64,000 nt of DNA. Origin: Octopus sinensis (lineage: Eukaryota). Below, piece by piece: positions 38,400 to 51,858 of the stretch; the stretch's first letter is position 1; the number at the start of each line of letters is the position of its first letter. The stretch lies in assembly GCF_006345805.1 (NCBI RefSeq), contig NC_043004.1:34348001-34412000 (forward strand), written 5' to 3'. The notes beneath the pieces were generated by a model that did no database searches, was not told where the DNA came from, and saw only the letters and a list, made by a program, of their open reading frames with translations. Position numbers and translations under genes: made by a program.

Positions 38400-38820
38400 A
38401 TCATGTATTCCATCAACTAAAGTGGGGCTTTTGGAAGTGTCAAGGTTTTGGGTCCAAGGATGAGGCAAGAAGAAAAACGTTTGCTAATGTAATGCAGCTA
38501 TAATATTCGTTCTTGACCTTTTCTTTTATCTGTGAGTTGCATTAATTAATTCCCAGCTATTTGTTTGCTTTTGTTGCAATATTCTGATCTCAGGTTCTTT
38601 GTCTCACAGAATGTTAACATTCCAAATTAATTTTCTCCTTTTCAAAGTTATCTTGGCACCTTTTTTCTAATTCAGATTTCATATAAATTTATCTGTTACA
38701 TCTGTGTACTGTCTGCAGCAGAGTTTCTAGTTGTTTGTTATCTTCAATGTACAATTTGAGGTGGTTCATATACAATGGACAGTTACCATCCAGTCTTGTT
38801 TAGCCCTTTGGCTAAAGAAG
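38400..38820 (-). mobile_element. Decayed R4/Dong RT remnant
   Basis: MNHLKLYIEDNKQLETLLQTVH..IYMKSELEKRCQ matches MDDLKLYAANDKQLETLLKTVH..IDMKF*LEKCAK at 60590-60700. Confidence 0.75.
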
Positions 38821-40499
38821 TTAGTATTAGTTTATAGTAGAAAAATAGTAAAGGGAGTCCTTTTGGATGTAATGATATGGAATTTGTGTCCCTAATGTCA
38901 GCTATATGATTGATGCTGGAGGAGAAGGAGATGGCATTGATGAGTATGAGTCATCAAGTTCTGGTTTTAACATTATAACTACATTCTGCAAAACTTGCTG
39001 AAAGTCAGAAATATCTTGAATTCATTGTTTTGGGTTATCCTATTTTGCTGAGAGTTTTGTCATTAATGATGCTTTCCGTTTTGTTGTTATCAGCCAAATA
39101 TAGAGCCAAATATTTTGCACAGAATTCTTCACAGAAACAATATTGGTCATCTTGTACTGTAATGGAGTAAGAGATGTCAAACAGAGGAACATCTTCTAAG
39201 ATGTTTCTTCAAGTTCCATATTCTGTAGAGAGCACTGATGTTTTCTACTTCTTGGATTTTACAAATGAAAATATGATTAAGTCTGACCAATGTTAAGATC
39301 TCTTTACAATATCTTCAAAGAAAAACATGGCTTCTTTCAGGCATCCATTTATATTTTGGTTAATGTATTATTCATTTTAGTAAGGAACAATGAAGAACCA
39401 TTATAAAACCACCTGACACCAAATTTCTCAAGTAACCAATTTTGCATTCTTCATCTGCTCCAACATTTTAGTGTCGTTTCCTTCATGCTGATTTTAACAG
39501 ATTCCCACCAATAACAATTTCACATTTTACCATTCTCATTAACTTATTTATCCTCAAAATCCATATTTATTTGCAATTGTTTTGGTATTCATACACCAAA
39601 TTTACTTATTAATAGGTTATCAAACTAATTCGTTGCTTTATTTTGAATCCAGTATTGAGGGTGAGGGTGAAAATAGGAGAGAACTGACTCCCATTTTGCA
39701 ACCTTAGCCAGGTTGTTTCACTTGCAAATAAAGGACTGATATTTTGTTCTACTTGTATTCAGCGTAGTGATAGGATATACCCTCCACTGGGTACATGTGA
39801 CATTTCCTCCATTGTTTGTTTGCCCTTTATATCTGATCCTAACCTTCATTCACTCGGTAGTTTGTCTAGGTCTTGGAATTAACTCGTTCATCATCTACTT
39901 GGTTCCTGTCTATTTTCTCACTTGTACAATAACAACAAAAGCAGATACATTGTAACGAGGCATTATGTTTACGTGGAGAATTGTGTGTGTCTGCTAAGAG
40001 GAAGAGACTGCAAGTGTATACATTCCAAAACTCCAGGAATTCAAACAGACAAAATTTCAAATAATAAAATACCTGGAATTTTATATTAAAAATAATTATT
40101 GTATTAAAAAGAAAAAAGCAGGAGAAAGAAAACGGAAACCCTGAGCATGTTTTTCTTAACATAAAAAAACTGACAAATCACTTGACACTAAAATTATTTT
40201 TGTTTTTTTTTGGTTTAGTTATTTCAGTAAGATTTTTTTGTTTTTATTTCTATTTTACTATGCAAACACCTTTTTGTTTTATACAAAAAAACCCCTTTAC
40301 TTCACAGTTCATATTCACATTTAAGTGATAATGCCACATTGCTTGAAATGGTATGCACACCATAGTTAAGATATTGTTTGGGTAAGAATTATGTTAATGA
40401 TCAGTAAGCACATGTTTATCAAAATAGAATGTCCATTTTAAAGATTATAAACTGTGTTTTTGTACCCACCTGGGGCTGCAATTTTTACCTTCATTTCTT

Positions 40500-40720
40500 G
40501 TTATTTTATTGATATTACAAGAGTTCCAATAACAACGACAGTGATAGCCACCTTTTGCACCTGTTGACCATGCAGCACTGCAAGATTCTATATCATAAAA
40601 ATCAATTCCTGTCTTCTCTGTGGTCTCGGTGATAATTTCTCTCTCTTCGTAATTGTTGCTTTAAGCGGACAAAAACTTTTTAGTCACCATTAGGAAATGT
40701 AATAGAATTGTTTAGGCTGA
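40500..40720 (-). mobile_element. Possible R4/Dong endonuclease C-terminal remnant
   Basis: QVQKVAITVVVIGTL resembles KKVAVVPIIVGAL (56520). Confidence 0.4.
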
Positions 40721-41279
40721 AGATTGGACATGCATAAAAATTTAATGAAAATAGGATGGCTCTTATCAAAGTCATGTTATTCATTGGTGCCAACATCTTA
40801 GCCTTCAGCACATATTACAGTAATACTGACTGGTCAGTTGCTTTACCAGCTGATCATATTTTACTGATAATGCTGCTGGTTGACTGTACACACAAACCTC
40901 ATTATTTAAAGTCAATAAAATTTAGAATCCAACAAGAATCCTTGCTCAGTTTTGTTTTTTTCTCAATGTGGACGAGTTTTGTGACACCTTTGATATTCAT
41001 GAATTAAATTATTTACAGTTTTGTTGCACAAAATCCCTGAACGTAACTGTGGGACATGGCACTGTAGTTCCACATTTCTGGCTGTCCTCTCATCTGACTC
41101 TTCATCAAACAACAAAGATGTATATTGGAGGAAAATAGCAAAAAGATGTGGTGGAAGCAAATATGTTGAAGAAGGCAGTGACAGGAATGTGTGACTGAAG
41201 ACCAGAAAGTTCGATGAGACACAAATAAACACTCCAACGATTCTTCAATACCAAAACAACAACAAGAAGAACACAAACA

Positions 41280-41470
41280 ATACTTCCTCCATCTTCTCAG
41301 TTTCAAAACAGCATTTGGATGTAGATGCTGTGAGTTTTGAATCAGGTGAATTGGCACAAAGTGATCTGGAACCAAAGGAGAAAGTTCATCAGAATATTTG
41401 CTGTGGCAATAAGCATAGAAAAGACTAAGGCTTGCAATGTCATGTGACAAGGGTTACGCAGTTGAAGCAA
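41280..41470 (-). mobile_element. LINE 3' coding remnant (Jockey/CR1-group-like)
   Basis: HDIASLSLFYAYCHSKYSDELSPLVP...SQHLHPNAV resembles the ASLsLFYRYy..CS.EL..l.P...HP..V tail motif. Confidence 0.55.
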
Positions 41471-41794
41471 GAGAGAAACCAATCAAATTAGGGACTTACT
41501 TCTGAACCCAGTTGCCGAGGTCCAAGAGACAAAATGGCTCACTTTGTTTTCTAATTATTTGTTTAGATATTCTCAGTTGACTGACATCTTTCAACACACC
41601 GTAGTATGTGCACGAGACGAATGCTCAGCTGTATTTGCTTTGATATGCTGACTAAGTCTTTTAATGTGTTGTCATTCTGTCATATTGTTGTTACAAGAAA
41701 CAATACAAGTGTGACCAACATAATTACAATATCACCAACAAAATTTCGTTTGGGTGAAATATCACACACACACACACACTTGCACATATATAAA

Positions 41795-41825
<31 letters not shown>

Positions 41826-42210
41826 GATATAGATATATACACACACGTACATATTGTTATAAAGATTCATAAGAATGAAGGCATGTCAACTCATAGGGAG
41901 CCAGAGATGGGTAAGTACGATGAGAGAGAACTCACAGGGAAATAAACAACATTGAGGAGATTAAGCCTGGGAAGGATAGCATAAATATGCAAGCACCAAG
42001 TCTAATTCAATCCTTAGATCCATTTCAGGGGTGGGCCTTTGGTGTGGTGTAAGTATAGAAGTAGACACAATTGATATTTGAAATTTAAAACAATACTTTT
42101 ATATTTACTTTCACCAATGCAAAGAAACAATTGTTGTGACTTGTGATTAAAGCCTGCTCATTCCATCTGCTTACTTTTCATATATAAATATATATATATA
42201 TATATATATG

Positions 42211-42268
<58 letters not shown>

Positions 42269-42300
42269 TAATAATAACAACAACAACAACAACAACAACA

Positions 42301-42580
42301 ATAACAACAATAATTCTAGGATGGAATTTATAAATATTTAATACGTTGCTATGTGTGTTTGCACAAGACACATGAAGTTGATATCACAGTCTATATCCTT
42401 GGGGTTAGTACTGTATAGTTCATATTATCCAATGGCATCTGGATGCCCACGGATAATATGGACTATACTGTACTAATCCCAACAATATAGACTCTGATGT
42501 TAAAGTCATGTGATTTGTGGAAAAGCACATAGTGATGTATTAAATATTTATAAATTCCATTCTAGAATTAATTGTTATTA
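42301..42580. repeat. ~270-bp near-perfect palindrome (fold-back)
   Basis: Arms align across the whole length, centred on GGCATC-TG-GATGCC (42434-42447). Confidence 0.95.
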
Positions 42581-42761
42581 TTATATTTATCCTACATTAT
42601 ATCAGTATAACCATAATGCAATCCCAAAATATCGACTCACTAGCCAGTATCATTAGATGCTAGCTGGCATAAGGAAATAGAATCTTTATTTGCATAACCT
42701 TAACATTAACTTTACCATAAACAAATTTGAAAGATATATCTATCTACCTACCTATATATAT

Positions 42762-42798
<37 letters not shown>

Positions 42799-43021
42799 GT
42801 GCCTTTATATACATATATGTATGTCTTTATACATATATGTATGTCTTTATACATATATATGTATATATATATATAAAGAGGGAGAGAGAGAATGCATTGT
42901 TAAAGATTTTGTATCTCTGATAAATATTTCACATATACAGTATGGAATTCAATGGCTCTGGTGGACAAATGTCACACAAAAGATCTACTACTGCTACCAC
43001 TACTGCTACTACTACTACTAT

Positions 43022-43055
<34 letters not shown>

Positions 43056-43844
43056 TAACATCTGTCACATGACCAACATTCAGGAGAGTTTAATATGAAT
43101 TGTTTCTAACACTAATTAAAATGAGAAATGCTCGAAAAATTAAGAAAAGAAGGAAAATACAAAGCAGAAGCAAGAATAAATGAAAATGGATTCCCGTGGA
43201 ATACATATAAAAACTGAATAGTTGATGAGATCTACTGTTGTTAAAAAGGAAAAAGACAATTTGATTAAAATTCCCCTTTTATAAATGGATGGTTCTTTCT
43301 CCATTTTGGAAGTAAAAGGAGAGATAACAACAACAACAACTACAACTACAACACCTGATAAAGAATTGATTGACTTGTATCTGAAAAATTGCATTGTGTT
43401 GTTTTTATGTTAAATTAAGTGATATTATCGCAAGTTTTGTGATATCGCGAAAGAAGCTCAGTGTATTTGTAACGGAAACTCAACACTCTCCACAATGGAG
43501 AACATTGTCTAATCACTCATTATCTGGGAAACATGTTTCTTAAGATAATGTTTGAAAGAAAATATCTTCTTCAAAGATCTAGTTAAAGTATCAACTTGTC
43601 AAACCAGCTAATAGTCATTTTATTCTATGAAAATAGCAGCAGAATTAAATTGTTGCAGAATCTTTGGTCGCTGACGTGTTATGGATGCTTCAAAAATTAT
43701 GATATTTAGGGGGAATTATCTGTGAAATAATGTTCATAGTAGTATGGAGATTTTAAATACAGGGTGATATTTAAATACAATACTGCATTTAAAACTGTGA
43801 CATCTTTATTTTCACTTTTGGGTAATGAACTGAGGTTTGTTTTG

Positions 43845-44165
43845 TCTTCTACTATAGCCTCGGGCCAACCAAAACCTTATGAGTGGATTTGGTAGACAGA
43901 AACTGAAAAGAAGCCCATCGCATATATATATATATATGTGCGTGTGTGTGTGTGTGTGTTTGTGTGTCTGTGTTTGTCCCCCCAACATCAGTTGACAACT
44001 GATGCTGGCAAGTTTACATCCCCATAACTTAGTGGTTCGGCAAAAGAGACGAATAAAATAAATACAAAGAATAAGTCCTGGGATTGATTTACTTGACTGA
44101 AAGTGGTGCTCCAGCAAGGCCACAGTCAAATGACTGAAACAAGTAAAATAGTAAAAGAGTAAATT
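43845..44165 (+). mobile_element. SINE family A lacking the head
   Basis: Body and tail match the family. Confidence 0.9.
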
Positions 44166-44629
44166 AATCAGATATGGACATATATCGTAAAGTGGGAGCG
44201 CACACACACACACACACACACCTACACACACATGCACACACACACGCACACACACACATAGACATGCACACACACACCTACACACACACATACACACATG
44301 CACACAGTGACAATTTTGCATTGAGTAGACAATACTGACAACAATGAAGATTCATTCATATTGACTTGTGGCTAATTCTCGCACGAAACCACTGGTACCC
44401 TTCTGACAAGTTATATGCCAAAACTAATAATATATTGTTCAATGAGATAAAAATATATACCTCACCACTGTTTCTTATACTGAGTGTCCTTTTACTGGTG
44501 AATTATGAACAAATAACTGATAGCATGTTTATATCATATATATAGAGAGTATCCATGTATCTACTCTACAGCAAGACATCTCTATCTGTCCCTTCTATAC
44601 CTTAAATCTCTTAAATGGCATAAAGCCAC

Positions 44630-44878
44630 CCCTTCATTGCCCCCCTTCCCACTTGAGGGGGCTTTTGTCTTGCATAGTACTTGGTGACCCAGTTAATGCT
44701 GGTGCCACATAAAAAGCACTGGTGCTCCTGCACCCAGTTACACTTTGTAAAGTGACTGGCGTTAGGAAATCATGTTGAAGTAGACAATGGGACCTGGTGT
44801 GGCTGCTGGACTTGCCAACTTCTGTCAAACCGTCCAACCCACGCCAGGATGGAAAATGGACGTTAAATGATGATGAGG
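44630..44878 (+). mobile_element. Non-autonomous element with RTE-type tail
   Basis: Ends GGATGGAAAATGGACGTTAAATGATGATGA. Confidence 0.75.
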
Positions 44879-45421
44879 AGGACGGGGACGAGGATGTAAA
44901 TTATATATAATTTATATCTATTGTGTGGTTTTTGTACTTGAAAGGATGTGTGTGTGTATGTGTGAGTGTGTGTGTGTGGCTATAGATGTACAACATTTAT
45001 CAGAGAGAAATCTCTTTCTAAAATTATTGACCCAAATGAAAAAAACTCAAATGTGTAACTATCACATAATAATCAACCAATGTAAAATCATTGATTCCTC
45101 ACAACCTCAAAGAAAGAATTCAATATCATTGGATTCTTTCTTAACATTTATACTCCATTTATCTTTTTTATCGGAAGCGATGGGGGGGGATGGGGCCAGG
45201 GCTGTTCAAATTTCTCTTTTCTAAGGTTTTTTCAATGACAAGAATAGTATTCTATTGAACGTTTGATGTTGGTCAAAAAGACTAATAACCAATAGTAGAT
45301 GCAGGCATGGGTGTATGTGCAATCCATGTGGTTTTGAGTTCAATCCCAAAGCACGAAACTCTTGGCTAGTGTCTTCTAATATAGCCTGGCAACCAACACT
45401 TCATAATGCAGAGACCTGTTG

Positions 45422-45549
45422 CCAGACATAGGGTCTTCCAGACATAGTGTCTTCCAGACATAGGGTCTTCCAGACATAGGGCCTTCCAGACATAGGGTCT
45501 TCCAGACATAGTGTCTTCCAGACATAGGGTCTTCCAGACATAGGATCTT
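45422..45549. repeat. 16-bp minisatellite, 8 copies (CCAGACATAGGGTCTT)
   Basis: Direct count; no spacers between units. Confidence 0.95.
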
Positions 45550-46168
45550 CATAGCACTGTCTTTCCTCTGGTCTTCAATGGCTTGGAATAAAAATTGGCC
45601 TTTTCTCATCTTGTATGAGGAATACCAAATGTCTACATGCACTACCTGCTTGATAAGAAAGCCAGGCACTCTCATGTCCCTGGTGATGGACCCGATTGAC
45701 TTAGAGGGATCGCTGTCAATCATGGCCTGGATCTCACCAACAAATTCAAGAGTTCTTTTCTTATCAGAACAATCAGAGTAAGTTTTCCAAGCTGCCAAAC
45801 TTCATAATCACCATTAGAGTCATCCAACTCTTTCTGAATCCTCTGCACTGTTCTCAGAATGACAACCAAACACTCTGAAATGTTTGTATTGCAGCTTCCT
45901 GTGCAAATACCAAGCAGTACAGCATGTCGTTTCCAAATTTCTGGCAGAGTGAATTATGTCATGATACTGTTTTTCTCACAGATAATGCCCAACTGACCCT
46001 ACAATACAAAATGAAAAACAAACAAATATGCATGCATGAAATTGAAAATATAAAATGGCAACAATTTACCCATAACACAATTTTACTGAACCTTCAGTTT
46101 TTTTTATATGCTAGACCACTGGTGTGAAATCGATGTTAATTAAATTAATATCTAATTTCTCACCCTCA
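45550..46168 (-). mobile_element. Tc1/mariner remnant: left end plus N-terminal DNA-binding region
   Basis: PEIWKRHAVLLGI...LRTVQRIQKELDDSNGDYE, then KKRTLEFVGEIQAMIDSDPSKS...SYKMRKGQF; end resembles TGAGGGTGAG. Confidence 0.8.
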
Positions 46169-46181
46169 TTTTAAATTTAAA

Positions 46182-46590
46182 AGGAGTGGCTGTATGGTAA
46201 GTAGCTTGCTAACCAACCACATGGTTCCGGGTTCAGTCCCACTGCATGGCATCTTGGGCAAGTGTCTTCTACTATAGCCTCGGGCCGACCAATGCCTTGT
46301 GAGTGGATTTGGTAGACGGGAACTGAAAGAAGCCTGTCGTATATATGTATATATATATATATATATATATGTGTATGTTTGAGTGTCTGTGTTTGTCCCC
46401 CTAGCATTGCTTGACAACCGATGCTGGTGTGTTTACGTTCCCGTCACTTAGCGGTTCGGCAAAAAGAGACCGATAGAATAAGTACTGGGCTTACAAAGAA
46501 TAACTCCCGGGGTCAATTTGCTCGACTAAAGGCGGTGCTCCACATGGCCGCAGTCAAATGACTGAAACAAGTAAAATAAAAAAAATGAAA
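46182..46590 (+). mobile_element. SINE family A, near full length
   Basis: Head with A and B boxes, internal (TA)n, complete tail. Confidence 0.95.
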
Positions 46591-46592
46591 AA

Positions 46593-46594
<2 letters not shown>

Positions 46595-46623
<29 letters not shown>

Positions 46624-46943
46624 TGTATGTATGTATGTATGTATGTATGTATGTATGTATGTATGTATGTATGTATGTATGTATGTATGTATGTATGTAT
46701 GTATGTATGTATGTATGTATGTATGTATGTATGTATGTATGTATGTATGTATGTATGTATGTATGTATGTATGTATGTAGTATGTATGTATGTAGTATGT
46801 ATGTATGTATGTATGTATGTATGTATTATGTATGTATGTTGTATGTATGTATGTATGTATGTATGTATGTATGTATGTATGTTGTATGTATGTATGTATG
46901 TAGTATGTATGTATGTATGTATGTATGTATGTATGTACGTACG

Positions 46944-46972
<29 letters not shown>
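46595..46972. repeat. (GTAT)n tetranucleotide microsatellite
   Basis: Direct reading. Confidence 0.97.
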
Positions 46973-46974
<2 letters not shown>

Positions 46975-46989
46975 TGTGACATACATATT

Positions 46990-47200
46990 GGTTTCAAATT
47001 TTGGCACAATGCCAGCAATATCAGGGGAGTGGGTGAAGTTGATTATATTAATCCCACTGCTCAATTGATACCTATTTCATCGACCCTGAAATGATGAAAA
47101 GCAAAGTCAACCTCACCAGAATTTGAACTCAGAATGTAAAAACAGACAAAATACCACTAAACATTTTCCCTGGTGAACTAACGATTTGGCCTGCTTTGTG
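46990..47200 (-). mobile_element. SINE family B variant
   Basis: GATGAAAAGCAAAGTCAACCTC...GAATTTGAACTCAG. Confidence 0.75.
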
Positions 47201-47240
47201 CCTTATACATGATATGCACATTTACATATGCCACACACAT

Positions 47241-47302
<62 letters not shown>

Positions 47303-48269
47303 GTAACATAGATGCATGCACACAAACATACGTGCATATGCACATATATGTAACTAGATAAGTATGTATAAATGATTCTTTTAATATAACGAAAGTAGTT
47401 GTAGAAATGGCTCTTAAGAGGTCCTTGTAACTATTAGAAGTATTTTATGCTTTGTGTCTTCTATATTTTGTTTTATTCAAATGTTAGAAGTCAAAGAGAT
47501 GTTGAAGTTGAATGGAACTAATGCTGGAACACCTTTCGTCCTTCATCTTACACATGAACCTGTCAAAAGTTGTAACCTTGACCATCTTGATGCAGCATAA
47601 AAAAATCTTGTTGAAGAGATGTTTGGGGATAAACACACATGCACACACAAAAAAAAAGAAGAAAGAAAATTAATGCCATTCCTTAAGATATATCGGAAGT
47701 TCTGAAGCCAGTTAACATTTGGTTCAAGCTAGAAATCAAAGTCGATTACCTGTGCAGATACTTGAGAAATCACAAAAAGCTCAGAGTATGTTTTGCTTTT
47801 TTTTTTTGTTAGGTTTTGGTTTTTTTTGATGATGTCTTATATTACTTATCTTTTATCAGAAGAAATATTTCGCAATTGTTTTAACAGATCATTGATTCTT
47901 GTAATCCATACAATGTTATCATGTTGCTTGCATGACAATTGATGGCATAATTAGTTAAGAGAAGTTTTGTGCTCATTAGCATTTCTGATCAGAGATAGAA
48001 ATGAATAAATTATTGTCACGCAGACATTAACATGAATATTAAATTCATACAGAGAAATAAGTAGCAAAAATATATAAAAACCACACATTTTTGTGTAGAA
48101 ATATTGCAATGTTCATGCTTTTCCCCGGACCATTTGCATCATGAGTGAATTCAAAGACAAATGGCCAGGAATTCAAAGTTCCCCAAACTCAGAGCGTAAC
48201 AGGTTCTACCTGCTATTCAACTTCTCTTAGAATACATCAACATATAAATATTATTAACCTGATAGATAT

Positions 48270-48493
48270 TTAACCCCATAGCATTCTGAATACTCTGTTA
48301 ATTCCAATGTTTATCCATTCACATTGTTTTGAATTAATCATGCATTATCTTGTAGCTCTGGGATTTCAATAATCTGTTTATTTTTAGAATGGCATCATTG
48401 GGTGGGTCTGGGAGGCCAAATCTGGCCTGTTTCAACATAAAACAGGTAGAATATTCAGACCAAATATGGCCAGTTTAAATGCTAAAGGGTTAA
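48270..48493 (+). mobile_element. TTAA-flanked MITE with short TIRs (piggyBac-like)
   Basis: TTAA|CCCCATAGCATT ... AATGCTAAAGGG|TTAA. Confidence 0.85.
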
Positions 48494-49353
48494 AATTACT
48501 TCTAAACCAACGAGGAATTTTAGGTGTGGTCACTTGACATGCTAGAAATAGTAGCTACATCTCCATTCACACCTTACCATCTTAAAGAGTAATGAACACG
48601 TTAAATATTGTTGTTCTATATATTGTAGGCTTAAAATCAAGGGAAAAAGACAGCAGTGTCATCTTGGATTAAATCTATCAGATCACGTTTGCCTTATAAG
48701 GGCTAACCTGGGGATTAAACAGCAACTGAAACTTGTCCAAAACTCTTATAAATGTATTGTAAAAACATGCATATTATACTTGAAGATTCTAGAATGATGG
48801 AATTAGGTAAATGTAACATCTAAATATTCTACTACCCAGCCGTTGCCAGTGCCGCTGGACTGACTCCTGTGCAGGTGGCAAGAAACACCGTTTTGACACT
48901 GTGCTTCAGGAGACCTATTGAGTCAAGTACATCAACATCAGCTGTTAGTTTTGAAAATGCTAATAAACATTATTATGAATCTGTAATAATATCTAGAAAA
49001 GTCTGTGATTTCTTTTAGATTGGAAGCAAACTATGAAAATGGATTTGCTGAATACAAATGAAACCAAATTAGAAGCAAAATGTTTGAGCATAACTATGAT
49101 GACTACATTTCTGTGGAAAGTTGTCTGCAGTCAGTAGACATGCTATACATAGCAGTTACATTTTCCTCAACTCACATCTTACCATCATAAAGAAGAAAAG
49201 ACACATAAATTTATGTAGTCCTATATATTGTCGAGTGGAAAATAAATATAAAAAACCAGGGGTATTGGAACAAATGCATTTTGGTCACATGCAATAAATT
49301 TGATGAAGAGTTCAAATACACAGGTGTTGTACTATTTAACTAGAAATTGCTCT

Positions 49354-49404
<51 letters not shown>

Positions 49405-49409
49405 TGTAT

Positions 49410-49742
49410 AGGTAGTGGGGCCCCAAAAGGGGTCTCAGGGAGTAGCATCCCTACCTTCCTGAGCTAGTTTTCCACCACATTTCTTAAAAATTGTGGTAGA
49501 GGCCTTGGTCTTGGGATCACTCATGTTTAGAAACTGAGGTTGGGGATAAGCAAGGGTTTGCTCCCCATAGAAAATCCAGCTCCATAAAAGCCTTATGATA
49601 GCAGAGGAGGATAGGAACCAGCTAGCCCAAAGTTTGGGATGGGCTGCACTTGTCTACATTGTTTGCATTGAGGTAGATCCGGCCACCCTTGTTAATGGGG
49701 TCAAAAGCTGGATTTAAAACACTGGATGATGATGATGATATA
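49410..49742 (+). mobile_element. Probable non-LTR 3' end or SINE with a (GAT)n tail
   Basis: GC-richer block ending CTGGATTTAAAACACTG(GAT)n. Confidence 0.45.
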
Positions 49743-49759
49743 ACTGTGTGTGTCATTGT

Positions 49760-49970
49760 ATCTGTGTCTGTCCCCTGCCACTGCTTGACAACTGGTGTTG
49801 GTGTGTTTATATCCCCATAACTTAATGGTTCAACAAAAAAGGGCTGATAGAAAAAGTATGAGGCTTTAAAACGAAATAAACATTGGGTCGATTCATCTGA
49901 CAAAAAATTCTTCAAGGTGGTGCTCCAGCATGGCCACAGTCTAATAACTGAAACAAGTAAAAATAAATAA
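49760..49970 (+). mobile_element. SINE family A, 3' half
   Basis: Tail GGTGCTCCAGCATGGCCACAGTC. Confidence 0.8.
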
Positions 49971-50304
49971 AATACAGGAAAATTTTGAAAACTGAGTGAT
50001 TCCATCCTTTACAAATAATGCCAGAAGAATAAATGACATGGCTACAAGCAGGGACCAGACATTGTTCCTTGTAAATGTATTTCCTTGATAAACACAAAAG
50101 AAAGAAATTTGTGGGAGAGACTGGGATTTTAAGTCCCTCATCACAACCCATTATATATCTCTGACTCATATTTCTTTTATCAATCTCTGTTAATCATGAA
50201 TATGTTATGACTGGAAATTTTGAATAACTTAGAATTTCAGACCTGTAAGCCTAAAGAGAAACTAGTGTGTACGCACACAACACAAACACATATACACACA
50301 CTTG

Positions 50305-50369
<65 letters not shown>

Positions 50370-50551
50370 ACACATACATATGCACAAGCAAGCACACACA
50401 TACACACGTAGTTATCTATATCTCTATTTAGTTAAACATATGCATGTATATATATATATGTGTGTGTGTGTGCGTATTTGTGCATGTGTATATACATATG
50501 TATATGTATTTCTATCTATCTATCGTTATTTATATATATATATATATATAT

Positions 50552-50720
50552 AGGTGCAGGAGTGGCTGTGTGGTAAGTAGCTTGCTTACCAACCACATGG
50601 TTCTGGCTTCAGTCCAACTGCATGGCACCTTAGGCAAGTGTCTTCTACTCTACTCTCGGGCCAACCAAAGCTTTGTGAGTGGATTTGGTAGACAGAAACT
50701 GAAAGAAGCCTATCGTATAT
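50552..50720 (+). mobile_element. SINE family A, 5' half
   Basis: GGTGCAGGAGTGGCTGTGTGGTAAGTAGC head. Confidence 0.9.
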
Positions 50721-50860
50721 ATGTATATATATATATATATATAGTCATACCTGTATATATATATATGTATTCAATATATATATATATGTATGTATATATG
50801 TATGCGATATATATAGATATAAATATATATAGAGAGAGAGAGAGAAAGAGATAGTTTGAC

Positions 50861-50905
<45 letters not shown>

Positions 50906-50924
50906 TATGGAGAGATAGATAGGC

Positions 50925-50999
<75 letters not shown>

Positions 51000-51812
51000 C
51001 CTAAATATATATTTAATTGATGTATTCAGAGATTACATCAATGTTGGATATATATGTGTATGTGACAAGCTTGCAGCTAGCAACTATTCCCCTCCGAAGG
51101 CATTGGTTAATATGAGGTGTCATGCCATGAGATCTGGAAGGTTGTTGCGATGTGAACTTTTAACCGCACAATCATACCTGCACCCATTCGTCATCAATTA
51201 TTTTTCTCTTCAATCTTTGTTGTTTTACTTCTTGAAATTGTTCTCTGAATGGCAAAAAATGTAAATTGATATGCTCTTTGATGATATTTCGGATTGCATC
51301 AATGAATATTTTATACAAAAGAGAATACCACAAGTGCATAATAGTGAATAAAACAAAGTGTAATTTCCAGTTTAAATTGGTTGTACTTGTCTTGTCAGTT
51401 ATTCTCAAGCTAAATTTACACCTGCTCCTCATTTATATGCCATGTACAGCAAAATTTATTTTTCTTTTACACAATTAATAAAACCCAAACTATACTTACA
51501 GGTAGCTAATATTTAAAATGTATTTATATATTTAAAAGATAAAACACCAATGATCCACTTCTCGTTGTTAATTATTGCTCCATTTCTTATCGTCTCTCTC
51601 TATATATTAAACTACGGTTTTACCTTAAAATTACCTCCTACCGTATACCTTATAACGAGGTCTATACATAGTGAGGTAATATACCAGGAGTGCCTACAGA
51701 TACATCTATCCCTTAGATGGTTGCATGACCTCTAACTTATACTTAGTTAACAAATATATTTAAAAGATATTCATATATTAAAGCATATTTGAACTTACTT
51801 TATAAATTATAA

Positions 51813-51849
<37 letters not shown>

Positions 51850-51858
51850 GTATATGTA

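Noticed and set aside
41013-41450. 145-aa minus ORF and a nearly open plus frame
   Set aside because: Only the first ~55 aa resemble a LINE tail; the rest has no motif, and the plus frame carries a stop.
45422-45549. Regular repeat array as a CRISPR candidate
   Set aside because: Units are contiguous with no spacers, there are no cas genes, and the context is eukaryotic.
46182-46255. tRNA-like sequences at SINE heads as tRNA genes
   Set aside because: They run directly into SINE bodies, are multi-copy and diverged, and I could not fold a complete cloverleaf.
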